NCBI GenBank assembly: GCA_964445165.1
Contig: CAYUJZ010000006.1
Location: 1 to 51,318, forward strand
DNA length: 51,318 bases
Reading direction: 5' to 3'
DNA from: an uncultured Methanosarcinales archaeon
Lineage (GTDB): Archaea > Nanobdellota > Nanobdellia > Woesearchaeales > JASKKU01
In this document: one piece after another, positions 28,761 to 38,344 of the stretch
How the letters are laid out: each line of letters starts with the position of its first letter
Position numbering within the stretch: the first letter of the stretch is position 1
Made by a program: the position numbers and the translations under genes
The notes under the pieces: model-generated
Databases searched by the model: none
What the model was told of the DNA's origin: nothing
The model's input: only the letters and a program-made list of their open reading frames with translations

Positions 28761-31520
28761 CTATTCAAACCTGACCTCAACGCCCTGCAGGTTAGCCTGC
28801 TCCCGGAATTCGCTTGCAATCATTTTCTTGATAATCTCTGAAACGACTATTACCAGGGAGCTTACCCCGATGATTATTGCCCATTCCTTTCCAGACAGCG
28901 GCACAGTCCCAAGAACGCTTTGCAGGAACCCATTGTAAACAGCAAGCACAGTCAAGCCTATTGACGTGCCGATAGCGATGAACAGGTGCTTATTCCTGAA
29001 TAGGTTTTTGTTGAAAATGGATGTGTGAAGCGACTTTGCATTGAACGCATGGAACATCTCAACCATTATAATTCCAACAAAAGCCAGTGTTCTTGCTTTG
29101 TCAATCGATGGGTCAGGCCCTCTCATTTCCCAAAGGAACAGGGAGAAAGTCCCAAGAAACAAAATAGGAACCAGCACAAGAATCTTCTCAACAAGGTAAA
29201 ATGACAGTATCTTCTCTTTAGGGTTCCTTGGCTTTTGCCTCATAACTTTAGGGTGCATCGGCTCAACGCTTAACGCAAAGGCAGGAAGCGAGCTTGTAAC
29301 AAGGTTGACATACAGCACCATTAGCGCAGTTAGCGGCGAAGCCAGGCCGATAAGAACAGTAATCACAAGGAGCGAAACCTCAGTCATATTGCCAGCAAGA
29401 AGGTAGTAAAGGAACCTTCTTATGTTGCTGTATATCCTTCTTCCTTCCTTCACAGCGTTTACAATCGTGCTGAAATTGTCATCAGCAAGCACCATATTTG
29501 AGGATTCCCTAGCAACATCTGTGCCATTCTTGCCCATGCTTATCCCAATGTCTGCCTGCTTTAGCGCAGGCGCATCGTTGACGCCATCTCCCGTCATTGC
29601 AGCAATCTCCCCCTTTCTCTGAAGAGAATTCACAATTCTCAGCTTGTGCTCAGGAGTGCTTCTTGCAAATATTGCAACCCTGTCAATCACCTCATCAAGT
29701 TCTTCATCTGTCATCTTGTCAACTTCGGTGCCTTCAATAATAAGGTCATGCTCTTCATCAATAATACCTATGCTCTTGCCGATGCTCTCAGCAGTCTTCT
29801 TGTGGTCGCCAGTAACCATAATTACTCGGATCCCAGCCTGGCGGCATTCTTTTACAGATTCTATCACTTCGTGCCTTATCGGATCCTTTATAGCAACCAT
29901 TCCCTCAAAAACATAATTTTTTTCCAGCCCCTTATTTGGGTTCTTTTTGTCAAAAGAGCCCATCACTTTTGTCCCAAAGCCCAGAACCCTGTAGCTCCTG
30001 TCAGTAAACCTTGCAACATTCTTATGAATACCATTTAGCTCTTCAGGTGTAAGCTTCTTCACTTTTCCACTTGAGGTTCTGATATAGGCGCATTTTGAAA
30101 GCACCTTCTCAACAGCTCCTTTCAGGAAAGAAACAGGCCTTGCCCCAACAGTATTAACGGTTATCATAAACTTTTTGGAGGGATCAAATGGAATTTCGTA
30201 AAGCCTCTGGAAATCCTCTTTTATAATCTCATCATCAAGCCCGGCACTTTTTGCTAGCGCAATCAGGGCGCCTTCAGTAGGCTCGCCATTAAGGCTCCAC
30301 TCTCCATCTTCCATTTCAATTCTTGCATTATTGCAGAGTATGCTTGCCCTGAAAAGCTGCTCAGCGCACTTTATGTTTTTAGGGCTAATCCTCTTGTTTC
30401 CTTTCATAAACTCAGAATTGGGCTCATAGCCTTTGCCTTTAACTTTGATAATTGTTCCGTCCGCCAGTGCAATCCTTTCAACAACCATCTTGTTCTGGGT
30501 AAGCGTGCCGGTTTTGTCTGTGCAGATTACTGTTGTTGTTCCAAGCGTTTCAACAGAATTCAGGTCTTTTACAATGGCGTTATGCTTTGCCATAGTCTTA
30601 ACGCCCTGTGATAATGTAACAGTTAGTGCCAGAGGCAGGCTTTCAGGGATTCCGGAAACAGCAATCACGCTTATCAGCAGCAGGCTGCCTGCCACAGGCT
30701 CTCCCCTTGCAAGGAGGTAGAAAAAGAAGAGTATGGCAATCATTATTACGGCAATCGATATCCTTTTGCTTACATGGTTCATCTGCCTGTGCAGCGGGCT
30801 TGGTTTTTCCTTGATGGTTGCAAGCTGCTTTGATATTTTTCCCAGCTCAGAGCCCAGCCCAACTTCAACAACCACTCCGATTCCTGAGCCGTTTGCGACG
30901 CTCGTCCCGCTGAAGGCCATGTTGTCCTGGTCCGCCACGGGAATATCCTGCTTTCTCAGTTTTGCTGTTTTCTTGTATTTCTGTACAGACTCGCCGGTTA
31001 GGATAGACTCATCAATAGATAATGTGCTTGTTTCGATTATCCTCAGGTCAGCAGGAACAATCATGCCTCTTTTAAGAGAAACAATGTCTCCCCTGACCAG
31101 CTGAGTGGCATCAATTTCCTTCCATTTTCCAGAGCGCAGGACATAAACTTTCTTTGCAGTAAGCTTTGACAGGGCCTGGATAGATTTCATAGCCCTGAAC
31201 TCCTGGAAAAAGCCGAGGAAGCCAGTAAAAAGAATAATTATCATGATAGCAACAAACTCAACAAAGTGGTCAGAGAATATGGAAATAATAGCAGCAGCTA
31301 GCAGCACATATATCAACAGGTTATTGAAGTTTCGTGCAAGAATCTTTAAGAATTTCAGCTTATCTTCTGTTGCAAGTGTGTTCAGCCCGTCCCTTTTTAT
31401 CCTCTCTTCTGCTTCAGCATCGGTGAGCCCTTCCCTTGAGGTATTTAGGTCTTTTAACACTTCCTGCTCGCTTCTCAAGTACCAGTACTTGTAAAGCTCT
31501 TCCTTCGCGCTGCCCTGCAT
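28761..31520 (-). CDS. P-type cation-transporting ATPase (type IIA, Ca2+-like)
   Basis: DESILTGES, IPESLP, DKTGTLT, KGAVE, MVTGD, TGDGVNDAPAL; GAGGAG SD before ATG 31520. Confidence 0.93.
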   Translation of the reverse strand: MQGSAKEELYKYWYLRSEQEVLKDLNTSREGLTDAEAEERIKRDGLNTLATEDKLKFLKILARNFNNLLIYVLLAAAIISIFSDHFVEFVAIMIIILFTGFLGFFQEFRAMKSIQALSKLTAKKVYVLRSGKWKEIDATQLVRGDIVSLKRGMIVPADLRIIETSTLSIDESILTGESVQKYKKTAKLRKQDIPVADQDNMAFSGTSVANGSGIGVVVEVGLGSELGKISKQLATIKEKPSPLHRQMNHVSKRISIAVIMIAILFFFYLLARGEPVAGSLLLISVIAVSGIPESLPLALTVTLSQGVKTMAKHNAIVKDLNSVETLGTTTVICTDKTGTLTQNKMVVERIALADGTIIKVKGKGYEPNSEFMKGNKRISPKNIKCAEQLFRASILCNNARIEMEDGEWSLNGEPTEGALIALAKSAGLDDEIIKEDFQRLYEIPFDPSKKFMITVNTVGARPVSFLKGAVEKVLSKCAYIRTSSGKVKKLTPEELNGIHKNVARFTDRSYRVLGFGTKVMGSFDKKNPNKGLEKNYVFEGMVAIKDPIRHEVIESVKECRQAGIRVIMVTGDHKKTAESIGKSIGIIDEEHDLIIEGTEVDKMTDEELDEVIDRVAIFARSTPEHKLRIVNSLQRKGEIAAMTGDGVNDAPALKQADIGISMGKNGTDVARESSNMVLADDNFSTIVNAVKEGRRIYSNIRRFLYYLLAGNMTEVSLLVITVLIGLASPLTALMVLYVNLVTSSLPAFALSVEPMHPKVMRQKPRNPKEKILSFYLVEKILVLVPILFLGTFSLFLWEMRGPDPSIDKARTLAFVGIIMVEMFHAFNAKSLHTSIFNKNLFRNKHLFIAIGTSIGLTVLAVYNGFLQSVLGTVPLSGKEWAIIIGVSSLVIVVSEIIKKMIASEFREQANLQGVEVRFE

Positions 31521-31659
31521 ACACTCCTCTTTAGCCCGTTTTGTTTTTAAAGGTTTTGTGTTATCCTTGAGTGATTTAGAAGCCTTTTTTATTGTGAAAA
31601 CGCACATTGCTTTTTTAAATTGATAAGATTTATAAACAAGCTTTAGTTATCCTTTTCTG

Positions 31660-31963
31660 TTAAACAGTAAGATTGTTCGGATGGGTCCTTGCACAAGGGC
31701 TTATAAACAGCCTAAATGAGTGTGAGACATCCCCGGGCAATTCAGGCCCACCACGAGAGTACTCAAAGGAGCTAACGATAAACTCAAGCTATGAGTTTGG
31801 GAGTTAGTGTTGTGGGCCCCATTGTTTTTACAAAATGGGGGGCAGGCCAAATCTCATTCATCATTTCATCAAAACATTGTATTTCAGGAAAGGATGAGTC
31901 TTAAGCATAACTTGTGCTTAGTGAGTGGCTAGTTCTCCCTCTAGAAGCAAAGAGGTGAATTAA
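31660..31963 (+). ncRNA. Candidate ~300-nt structured 5' leader or ncRNA upstream of dnaG
   Basis: TTTATAAA at 31629-31636; many hand-identified helices with G-U pairs favouring the plus strand; terminal CCUCU/AGAGG hairpin covers the SD. Confidence 0.6.
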
Positions 31964-33241
31964 ATGGGAAAAATAAGCATAGTTTCTGCAAAGTACATTA
32001 TTCATGCAGATATAAAAATTGACGGAATGGTTGATAAGCCAGATGTGATAGGAGCGGTCTTTGGCCAGACTGAAGGGCTTTTGGGCTCAGACCTGGAGCT
32101 AAGAGAGCTTCAGAGAAGCGGCAGGATTGGCAGGATTGAGGTAAACCTGGAATCAAAAGGCGGAAAGAGCAAGGGAGTGATAACAATCCCCTCTTCACTT
32201 GACAAGGCTGAAACCTGCATAGTTGCTGCAGCTTTGGAGATTATCCAGAGAATCGGACCGTGCAACGCCACAATCACAGTCAACAATATAGAAGATGTAA
32301 GAATCTCAAAGAGAAAGTATGTTGTTGAGAGAGCAAAAAACCTTCTTAAAAACCTAATGGACAAGATGATGCCAGACACCCAAGAGATAGCAGAGGAGGT
32401 TTCCTCTTCAGTCAGGGTTATGGAAATTGGCGAGTACGGCAGGGACAGGCTTCCGGCAGGCCCGGCAGTTGCAGAGTCTGATGAAGTGATTGTTGTTGAG
32501 GGCAGGGCAGATGTTATTACGCTTGTTAAGAACGGCTTTAAGAACGTTATCGCAATGAACGGCTCTTCTGTGCCAGATACAATCATTGAGCTCTCGAGGA
32601 AAAAGACGCTTACTGCATTCGTTGACGGAGATAGAGGCGGCGACCTTAACATCAAAGAGCTCTTGTCTGTGGCTGACCTGGATTTTGTTGTGAAAGCCTC
32701 GGACGGCAAAGAGGTTGAGGAGCTTACAAAGAAGGAAATCCACAAGGCTTTGAGAAGCAAGATAGCAGCAGAGCAATACAGGCTTGACCATAATATACCT
32801 GAGTTAGATGGCTCTAACGGCAAAAGTAATAACGATAAGAGGCAGCAGGATTCCCAAAAAAGCTCAAAGGGAGACGACCGGGACAGGAGAAGAAACGATA
32901 ACCGAGGGCAGCAGAGGCAGCAGCCGGCCAGCAAGCCAGCCCAGATCTCAGCAGCAGAGAAGGAGAAATTCAAGCAGCTCTCAGATGAGCTCGTAGGCAC
33001 AAAAGGCGCCTGCCTGCTTGACAGCAAGATGGAAATCCTGGCAAAGATACCGATAAACGAGCTTCAGTCAACAATTAAGGATTTAAGCACAGATATCCAT
33101 GCTGTTGTGATTGACGAAAGCATCTCAAAAGACCTCGTAAAAGCCTGCGAAAGGGCAAAGGTAAGGTATCTTGTAGGGACAGAGTCAAGCGTAAGCAACG
33201 CAAGCACGCCTATAAGAATCTTAACTTATGATGACTTGTGA
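31964..33241 (+). CDS. dnaG: Archaeal DnaG (TOPRIM; primase-like, exosome-associated in studied archaea)
   Basis: VDKPDVIGAVFGQTEGLLG, LRELQRSGRIGRI, IVVEGRADV, FVDGDRGG. Confidence 0.95.
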   Translation: MGKISIVSAKYIIHADIKIDGMVDKPDVIGAVFGQTEGLLGSDLELRELQRSGRIGRIEVNLESKGGKSKGVITIPSSLDKAETCIVAAALEIIQRIGPCNATITVNNIEDVRISKRKYVVERAKNLLKNLMDKMMPDTQEIAEEVSSSVRVMEIGEYGRDRLPAGPAVAESDEVIVVEGRADVITLVKNGFKNVIAMNGSSVPDTIIELSRKKTLTAFVDGDRGGDLNIKELLSVADLDFVVKASDGKEVEELTKKEIHKALRSKIAAEQYRLDHNIPELDGSNGKSNNDKRQQDSQKSSKGDDRDRRRNDNRGQQRQQPASKPAQISAAEKEKFKQLSDELVGTKGACLLDSKMEILAKIPINELQSTIKDLSTDIHAVVIDESISKDLVKACERAKVRYLVGTESSVSNASTPIRILTYDDL

Positions 33242-33298
33242 GAAAGGTTTTTGTTTTTTTTATTTCTGTTTTTTATTTAACCGAATTATATTCAATTT

Positions 33299-33943
33299 TT
33301 AGAAGCCATTTGAAATATAATTTTCAATAAAATTATTATAATTGGGTTCCTCTTTTTTAAGCAGGATAGGAAACTTTTCTTCCAGATATCTCTTTTTCTT
33401 TTTTATTTCCGGATCGTTCTCAATAAATTTTTCACTGCAATTAACTATGTAGCTAACGAGCGGCAAGTTATCTCTCTTCTTTAGGTTTTGTTCATCAAAG
33501 GCCTCAATTATTTTAACATATTCTTTTTTTATTTTCTTTTTTTCTTCTTCTTTTGTTTTTAAATAAAGGTTTAGAGTCCCTGAAATAGTAGCTGTAAATT
33601 CTTCTGCGCCAAGAACCTTTTTTGTTATAATAGGCTTCCAAAGTATAAGGTCTGTTAGCTCTTCAATAACACTGCTTTCTCCCCAAATTTTATTGTATTT
33701 TTTCTCGTTTTTATTAATTAATTCATTAATACTATTGCTTTTTTTGTCAATGCGCCCGTAGTATTCTCGTATGAGCTCTTCATTCTCTTCACTTTTCGGA
33801 TCTGAAACCTTTTCAAGAAGCTCTGCCTCCAAGATTTTATATTCTAAGTTAGAAATATAAAGCTTATAGAAATCATAAATAAACAAGGAAAAGTAGCTAG
33901 GGGGATGAGTTTCAATTCCTTTATTTTTTCCTTTGCCAGGCAT
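33299..33943 (-). CDS. Hypothetical AT-rich, Lys/Glu-rich protein
   Basis: 214-aa ORF, compositionally distinct from neighbours; no recognised motif. Confidence 0.6.
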   Translation of the reverse strand: MPGKGKNKGIETHPPSYFSLFIYDFYKLYISNLEYKILEAELLEKVSDPKSEENEELIREYYGRIDKKSNSINELINKNEKKYNKIWGESSVIEELTDLILWKPIITKKVLGAEEFTATISGTLNLYLKTKEEEKKKIKKEYVKIIEAFDEQNLKKRDNLPLVSYIVNCSEKFIENDPEIKKKKRYLEEKFPILLKKEEPNYNNFIENYISNGF

Positions 33944-34090
33944 TTCATTACTACGAAACAGTAGATATTTATATTCCTTTCGTTTTTCTTCGGCTTTTGG
34001 TTGTTTTTATCTTTTCTTCTTTCTCTTTTGCATTCTCGCCATTCTTATCAAAAACTTTATAAAAGGATTCCTTTCTCTATCTTAATTGCA

Positions 34091-34168
34091 GGGGCTGTGG
34101 GGTAGCTTGGTCTAGCCTCTCTGGCTTGGGACCAGAAGACCCCGGTTCAAATCCGGGCAGCCCCACCA
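34091..34168 (+). tRNA. tRNA-Pro (TGG), CCA encoded
   Basis: GGGGCTG/CAGCCCC acceptor; TCTGG-CTTGGGA-CCAGA anticodon arm; ACCA end. Confidence 0.95.
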
Positions 34169-34184
34169 GCACTGGGTGGCTAAA

Positions 34185-34412
34185 ATGAAGAAAATATCAG
34201 GGAACACCACAAAGCGGTTCGGAGCAAGGTACGGAAGCAATATAAAGAGAGACTTCCTCAAGATAGAGCAGATGCAGAGGTCCAGGTATGACTGCCCTTA
34301 CTGCGAGGGAAAAAGCTCAGTGAAAAGAGCTTCAATGGGGATATGGGAATGCAGGAAATGCGGCAAGAGATTTACCTCAAAAGCCTATTCAGTTGAGGCG
34401 AAAAAATGGTAG
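34185..34412 (+). CDS. rpl37ae: 50S ribosomal protein L37Ae (eL43)
   Basis: RFGARYG, CPYC and GIWECRKCG zinc ribbon. Confidence 0.93.
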   Translation: MKKISGNTTKRFGARYGSNIKRDFLKIEQMQRSRYDCPYCEGKSSVKRASMGIWECRKCGKRFTSKAYSVEAKKW

Positions 34413-34543
34413 AGTACAAATGCTTTATATGCTCAAAGAGCGTACCTTTTCAGCTTGTAAAAAAGAAGGTAAGGTGCCCTTACTGTGGCAGCAAGATCCT
34501 TTACAAGCCTAGGAGAATCATCAAAAGAGTCAAGGCACGATGA
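34406..34543 (+). CDS. rpoP: RNA polymerase subunit P (Rpo12), not in ORF track
   Basis: MVEYKCFICSKSVPFQLVKKKVRCPYCGSKILYKPRRIIKRVKAR; conserved position after L37Ae. Confidence 0.93.
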   Translation: MVEYKCFICSKSVPFQLVKKKVRCPYCGSKILYKPRRIIKRVKAR

Positions 34544-34857
34544 GCTATAAGGCAACAATAACAACCGACTTAGACCCGGAACAGCTTTACAAGGTATTTG
34601 CTCCTGAGCTTGAAGACGCAAAAAAAGGCTTCAACGACAGGGCTTCCTACAGCGTTGAAAAAAAGCCAGGGAAGCTCATGTTTAAGGTTGAGGCAAAGGA
34701 CAGCACATCCCTTAGGGCGGTGCTGAACAGCATAACAAAGCTGGTATCAATATATGAGCGGGTAAGAAATGTGGTAGAAAATGAAAGAAACACTACAGCA
34801 GATAAAAGAAATAGAGCAAAGCCTGCAGACCCTGCTCATGCAAAAAAACGCGATTAA
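34540..34857 (+). CDS. pcc1: KEOPS complex subunit Pcc1
   Basis: VEAKDSTSLRAVLNS motif; syntenic between rpoP and prefoldin beta. Confidence 0.85.
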   Translation: MSYKATITTDLDPEQLYKVFAPELEDAKKGFNDRASYSVEKKPGKLMFKVEAKDSTSLRAVLNSITKLVSIYERVRNVVENERNTTADKRNRAKPADPAHAKKRD

Positions 34858-35116
34858 TTCTCAGTTATTCGAGCTTGAATCCTCTTTAAGTGAGCTTGGC
34901 TCATCTTCCGAGTCCTACAGGATTATAGGAAGCATTATGGTTAAGTCAGACAAGGAATCCCTGAAAAAACAGCTTTCTTCCTCAAAGGAAAGCCTGGACA
35001 TAAGGCTTAAGTCAATCCGGGGCCAGGAAGAAGCACTCAGGAAGCGCCTTTCTTCGCTTCAGGAAGAGGTAATTAGCAAAAGCAAGAAACAAGGTGATGA
35101 AAATGCCAAAGGCTGA
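34781..35116 (+). CDS. pfdB: Prefoldin beta subunit
   Basis: Coiled coil - YRIIGSIMVK hairpin - coiled coil; synteny. Confidence 0.88.
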   Translation: MKETLQQIKEIEQSLQTLLMQKNAINSQLFELESSLSELGSSSESYRIIGSIMVKSDKESLKKQLSSSKESLDIRLKSIRGQEEALRKRLSSLQEEVISKSKKQGDENAKG

Positions 35117-35363
35117 ATCCTGCGGGGCCCTGGATGAGGTCTCCGAGTTTATTACTGAGCTGAAAGAGGACATGACAGTGCCAAGAAACATAAGGAAAAA
35201 GCTGGATGAAATAATAGACATCCTTAATAACAACGAGCTTGACGTGTCGCTAAGGGTTGACAAGGCAGTATTCATACTTGATGAAATGAATGAGGATTCC
35301 AATGTTCCTGCTTTCACAAGGACACAGATATGGAGCCTTGTCTCAATGCTTTCAAGGTTTTAG
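35103..35363 (+). CDS. UPF0147 family protein
   Basis: DMTVPRNIR and DSNVPAFTRTQIWSLVSML motifs. Confidence 0.85.
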   Translation: MPKAESCGALDEVSEFITELKEDMTVPRNIRKKLDEIIDILNNNELDVSLRVDKAVFILDEMNEDSNVPAFTRTQIWSLVSMLSRF

Positions 35364-35441
35364 CAACAGGAAATTCCATATAATTTACCCAAAATTTTAT
35401 AAAACCCATCATTTTCAATCACAAATCAGGCAGGTGCAAAA

Positions 35442-35762
35442 ATGGACATAAAAATCATTTCAGAAACAAAAACCGAGCTCGTGTTCGAGCTTCCGGGTGA
35501 AGACCATACAATCCTTAACCTTCTTAAAGATGAGCTAAACAAGATTGATGGCGTGAATTCTGCAGGCTACAATATCAGGCACCCTCTTGTTAAAGTCCCA
35601 AAGTTTCTGGTCCACACCACAACCAAGGTTGCCCCAAGGGATGCGCTCAAGGAAGCCATAAAAAACATAAGAAAAAACATAAAGAGCGCGCATTCCTCAA
35701 TAGAAACAGCTACAAAAGCAAAGCCAAAGGCCTCATCAAAAGCCAAAAAAGCCAATAAATAG
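35442..35762 (+). CDS. rpoL: RNA polymerase subunit L (Rpo11)
   Basis: GEDHTILNLL and AGYNIRHPL motifs. Confidence 0.93.
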   Translation: MDIKIISETKTELVFELPGEDHTILNLLKDELNKIDGVNSAGYNIRHPLVKVPKFLVHTTTKVAPRDALKEAIKNIRKNIKSAHSSIETATKAKPKASSKAKKANK

Positions 35763-35771
35763 TTTATTCTC

Positions 35772-36332
35772 ATGTTATCTTCAGAAGAACAGAAAGGCCT
35801 GCTTTCTCTTGCCAGAGGCTCGATTGCCTCAGCACTTTCTTCTAAAGGCTTTACTGCAGAGCAGCCTCTAAAGGAAAACTTCAGCGAAAAAAGAGGCTGT
35901 TTTGTAACGCTCAAGAAAAGCGGAATGCTGAGAGGGTGCATAGGCTTTCCCTACCCAATCATGCCTTTATGGGAGGCAGTTGCCAAGGCAGCCGTTGCAG
36001 CAGCCCTGGAAGACCCGAGGTTTCCGCCTGTATCAGAAGATGAGCTAAAAGGCATTTCCATAGAGATATCTGTTCTCAGCCAGCCAGAGGAGCTTAAAGA
36101 TGAAGACAAGGAAAAGCTTCCTGAAAAAATAACCAAAGGAAAACACGGCCTGATTGTAAAGAAAGGCTTCTACTCCGGGCTTCTCCTGCCACAGGTTGCA
36201 GAAGAGTTTAACTTCAGCCCGAAGCAATTCCTGGAAGAGGTCTGCCTTAAAGCAGGGCTGCCCAGGTCAGCCTGGCTGGAAAAGGGCACAAGAATTTACA
36301 GATTTGAGGCAGTTGTTTTCGGAGAGGAATAA
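35772..36332 (+). CDS. AMMECR1 / AmmeMemoRadiSam protein A
   Basis: GCFVTL, LRGCIG, EDPRFPPV, GLLLPQVA, CLKAGL. Confidence 0.92.
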   Translation: MLSSEEQKGLLSLARGSIASALSSKGFTAEQPLKENFSEKRGCFVTLKKSGMLRGCIGFPYPIMPLWEAVAKAAVAAALEDPRFPPVSEDELKGISIEISVLSQPEELKDEDKEKLPEKITKGKHGLIVKKGFYSGLLLPQVAEEFNFSPKQFLEEVCLKAGLPRSAWLEKGTRIYRFEAVVFGEE

Positions 36333-36338
36333 GGAGAG

Positions 36339-37079
36339 TTAGGCTTTCTTACCGCAGATTCTGCATGAAGGGTCTTTTTTTATCTTTAGCTTTTCTATCT
36401 TAAGCTCTGCCACGCTAATCCTGTAAAGAGCATTTTTTTCCTTATAATCCCCAATCAGCCAGCTGAGCGCCAGCGTTGCCTGGAGCCCGGCAACAGAAAA
36501 AGGCACAGTACCAAAAACATTAGTCTCTTTATTATTATGCTCTTGATTTTCAAGGCTTTTCACAAAGCAGGCAAGGCATGCCCCTTCATAGGGAGCAATC
36601 AGGGAAACATAGCCAATAAATCCCTCAACGCTTGCATATACAAAAGGCCTTTTTGCATCAAGGCACGCTTTGTTAATTATCTCCCTGGAAGAAAAGTTAT
36701 CAGTGCAGTCAAGAACAATGTCTGCTTTTCTTATAAGCCCAGGTGCATTGCTCTCATCAAGCCTTGCCCTGGCAGCCTCAGGCTCCTTCCTTACAATCCT
36801 GCTGATTCTTTGGGCGCAGCACTCAGCTTTGGGCTTCTCCAGCTCATCCATGGTAAAGTTCTGCCTCTGGATATTATCAAGTGAAACAACATCGTTATCA
36901 ATAAGAATAACGCTTGTTCCAGACCTCGCAGCAAGCTCACCTGCAAAAGAGCCCAGGCCCCCGCAGCCAACTACCAAAACAACCTTCTGCTGCAGAACCT
37001 TTCTCTTTTTCATTCCAATAATCTTGTCCTGCCTGCTGAAAAACTCAGCTTCCCACTGCTCAATTATTTCCCTGCTCAT
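36339..37079 (-). CDS. ThiF/MoeB/UbaA family E1-like adenylyltransferase
   Basis: FSRQ, VGCGGLG, NIQRQ, DCTDNF, CLAC and CRIC zinc ligands. Confidence 0.9.
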   Translation of the reverse strand: MSREIIEQWEAEFFSRQDKIIGMKKRKVLQQKVVLVVGCGGLGSFAGELAARSGTSVILIDNDVVSLDNIQRQNFTMDELEKPKAECCAQRISRIVRKEPEAARARLDESNAPGLIRKADIVLDCTDNFSSREIINKACLDAKRPFVYASVEGFIGYVSLIAPYEGACLACFVKSLENQEHNNKETNVFGTVPFSVAGLQATLALSWLIGDYKEKNALYRISVAELKIEKLKIKKDPSCRICGKKA

Positions 37080-37135
37080 TTTTTCAAACCCATCAACTTA
37101 TCAAAAAGTTTAATAATCCTGCTGTTTTTTGAAGG

Positions 37136-38302
37136 ATGATGATTTACATTATTAAGTTTTCCGTGGCGTTTCTTTACCTGCTTGTCTCAAGCATAAAAGA
37201 CATAAAGTCAAGAGAGGTGTGGAACTGGCTGAGCTATACGCTTATAGCGCTTGGTTTTTCTCTTAATGCTTTTTTTTCAGTTTTCTACATGGACTCTTCA
37301 TTCATTTTGGGTTCCCTGGCTGGCTTTTTTGCTGCAATGGGCTTTTCTTTCCTGATGTATTTCTCAGGCCAGTGGGGAGGCGGTGATGCTAAGGTGCTCA
37401 TGGGTCTTGGGGCTTTGCTAGGGATTCCGCTTTCACTTGCTCCTGGAGAGCATCTGCTTTCGCTAAGCTTTTTCCTGCTCTGCTCAATCTTTGCCGGGGC
37501 TTTTTATGGGATGGCGTGGGTGACTTATACCGTATTAAAAAACAGGAAGGCATTTGCAAGGGAGTATAACAAGCTTGCAAAGAAGTACTCTAAGCTTAGA
37601 AAGGTAATTCTGACAGCCTGCCTTTTTCTTGTTTTAATGTCCCTCTTCCTGCCTATCTCATTGAGATATTATGTTGCAGGCTCAGCATTGATGTGCCTGT
37701 TTGTTTTCCTGCTTTACCTTTCGCTGAAAAACCTTGAGTCCGTGGCGATGCTGAAAAAGATTCCTGTTTCCAGGCTTACAGAAGGAGACTGGGTAAAAGA
37801 GGAAATCAGGGCAAAAAGGAAAGGCATGAGCTACCTTGACTATATTATATACAAGCAGTATGACAACCTGGATTCAATTTCTTATATATATACACTTTAT
37901 TACAGGCTTTTGAGGCTTATCCCTCTTGGGAAGAACCGCCCCGAGAACCCGAAAGAGTTCCAGAGACAGCGGATTGCAAAGAGGCTGGCTAAGGAGCTAA
38001 GGCTTTCAGTAAAGGATATTGAAGCAAAGGGCTACACACAGGTTTCAGAAAAAGCCAAAAAGAAAATGAAGGAAAACGGCTTCCTTGTAGATTCAGATGA
38101 GATTGTGGTGTGCGGCACAGGCGACCTTGGGCTTCTTAATTCCCAGATAGCAATGCTGAAAAAGCTTTTTGGCAGCTCGTATACACTTAAAGTAAAAGAA
38201 GGCATGCCTTTCCTGCCATCTTTCCTGCTGGCGCTGGTGTTTCAGATTATCGCCTATTATATAATAGCAACGGTGCCGGGATTATTTCTGCTTTTCCCCT
38301 AA
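37136..38302 (+). CDS. Prepilin peptidase (A24, PibD/FlaK-like)
   Basis: DIKSREV and GGGDAK catalytic aspartates; LTEGDW; MPFLPSF C-terminal motif. Confidence 0.88.
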   Translation: MMIYIIKFSVAFLYLLVSSIKDIKSREVWNWLSYTLIALGFSLNAFFSVFYMDSSFILGSLAGFFAAMGFSFLMYFSGQWGGGDAKVLMGLGALLGIPLSLAPGEHLLSLSFFLLCSIFAGAFYGMAWVTYTVLKNRKAFAREYNKLAKKYSKLRKVILTACLFLVLMSLFLPISLRYYVAGSALMCLFVFLLYLSLKNLESVAMLKKIPVSRLTEGDWVKEEIRAKRKGMSYLDYIIYKQYDNLDSISYIYTLYYRLLRLIPLGKNRPENPKEFQRQRIAKRLAKELRLSVKDIEAKGYTQVSEKAKKKMKENGFLVDSDEIVVCGTGDLGLLNSQIAMLKKLFGSSYTLKVKEGMPFLPSFLLALVFQIIAYYIIATVPGLFLLFP

Positions 38303-38344
38303 AAAAGGAAAGTTTATATATAAAAGACAAGTAAAAGATATTGA

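Noticed and set aside
31660-31963. SRP RNA, RNase P RNA or a self-cleaving ribozyme as the identity of the dnaG leader
   Set aside because: No SRP helix-8 CAGG..GNRA..AGCA motif, no RNase P GAGGAAAGUCC core and no hammerhead CUGAUGA/GAAA core seen on either strand.
32110-33027. Long antisense ORFs (e.g. 32110..33027, 26860..27465, 47212..47943)
   Set aside because: Shadow frames of well-supported genes on the opposite strand; Ser/Leu-rich with no motifs.
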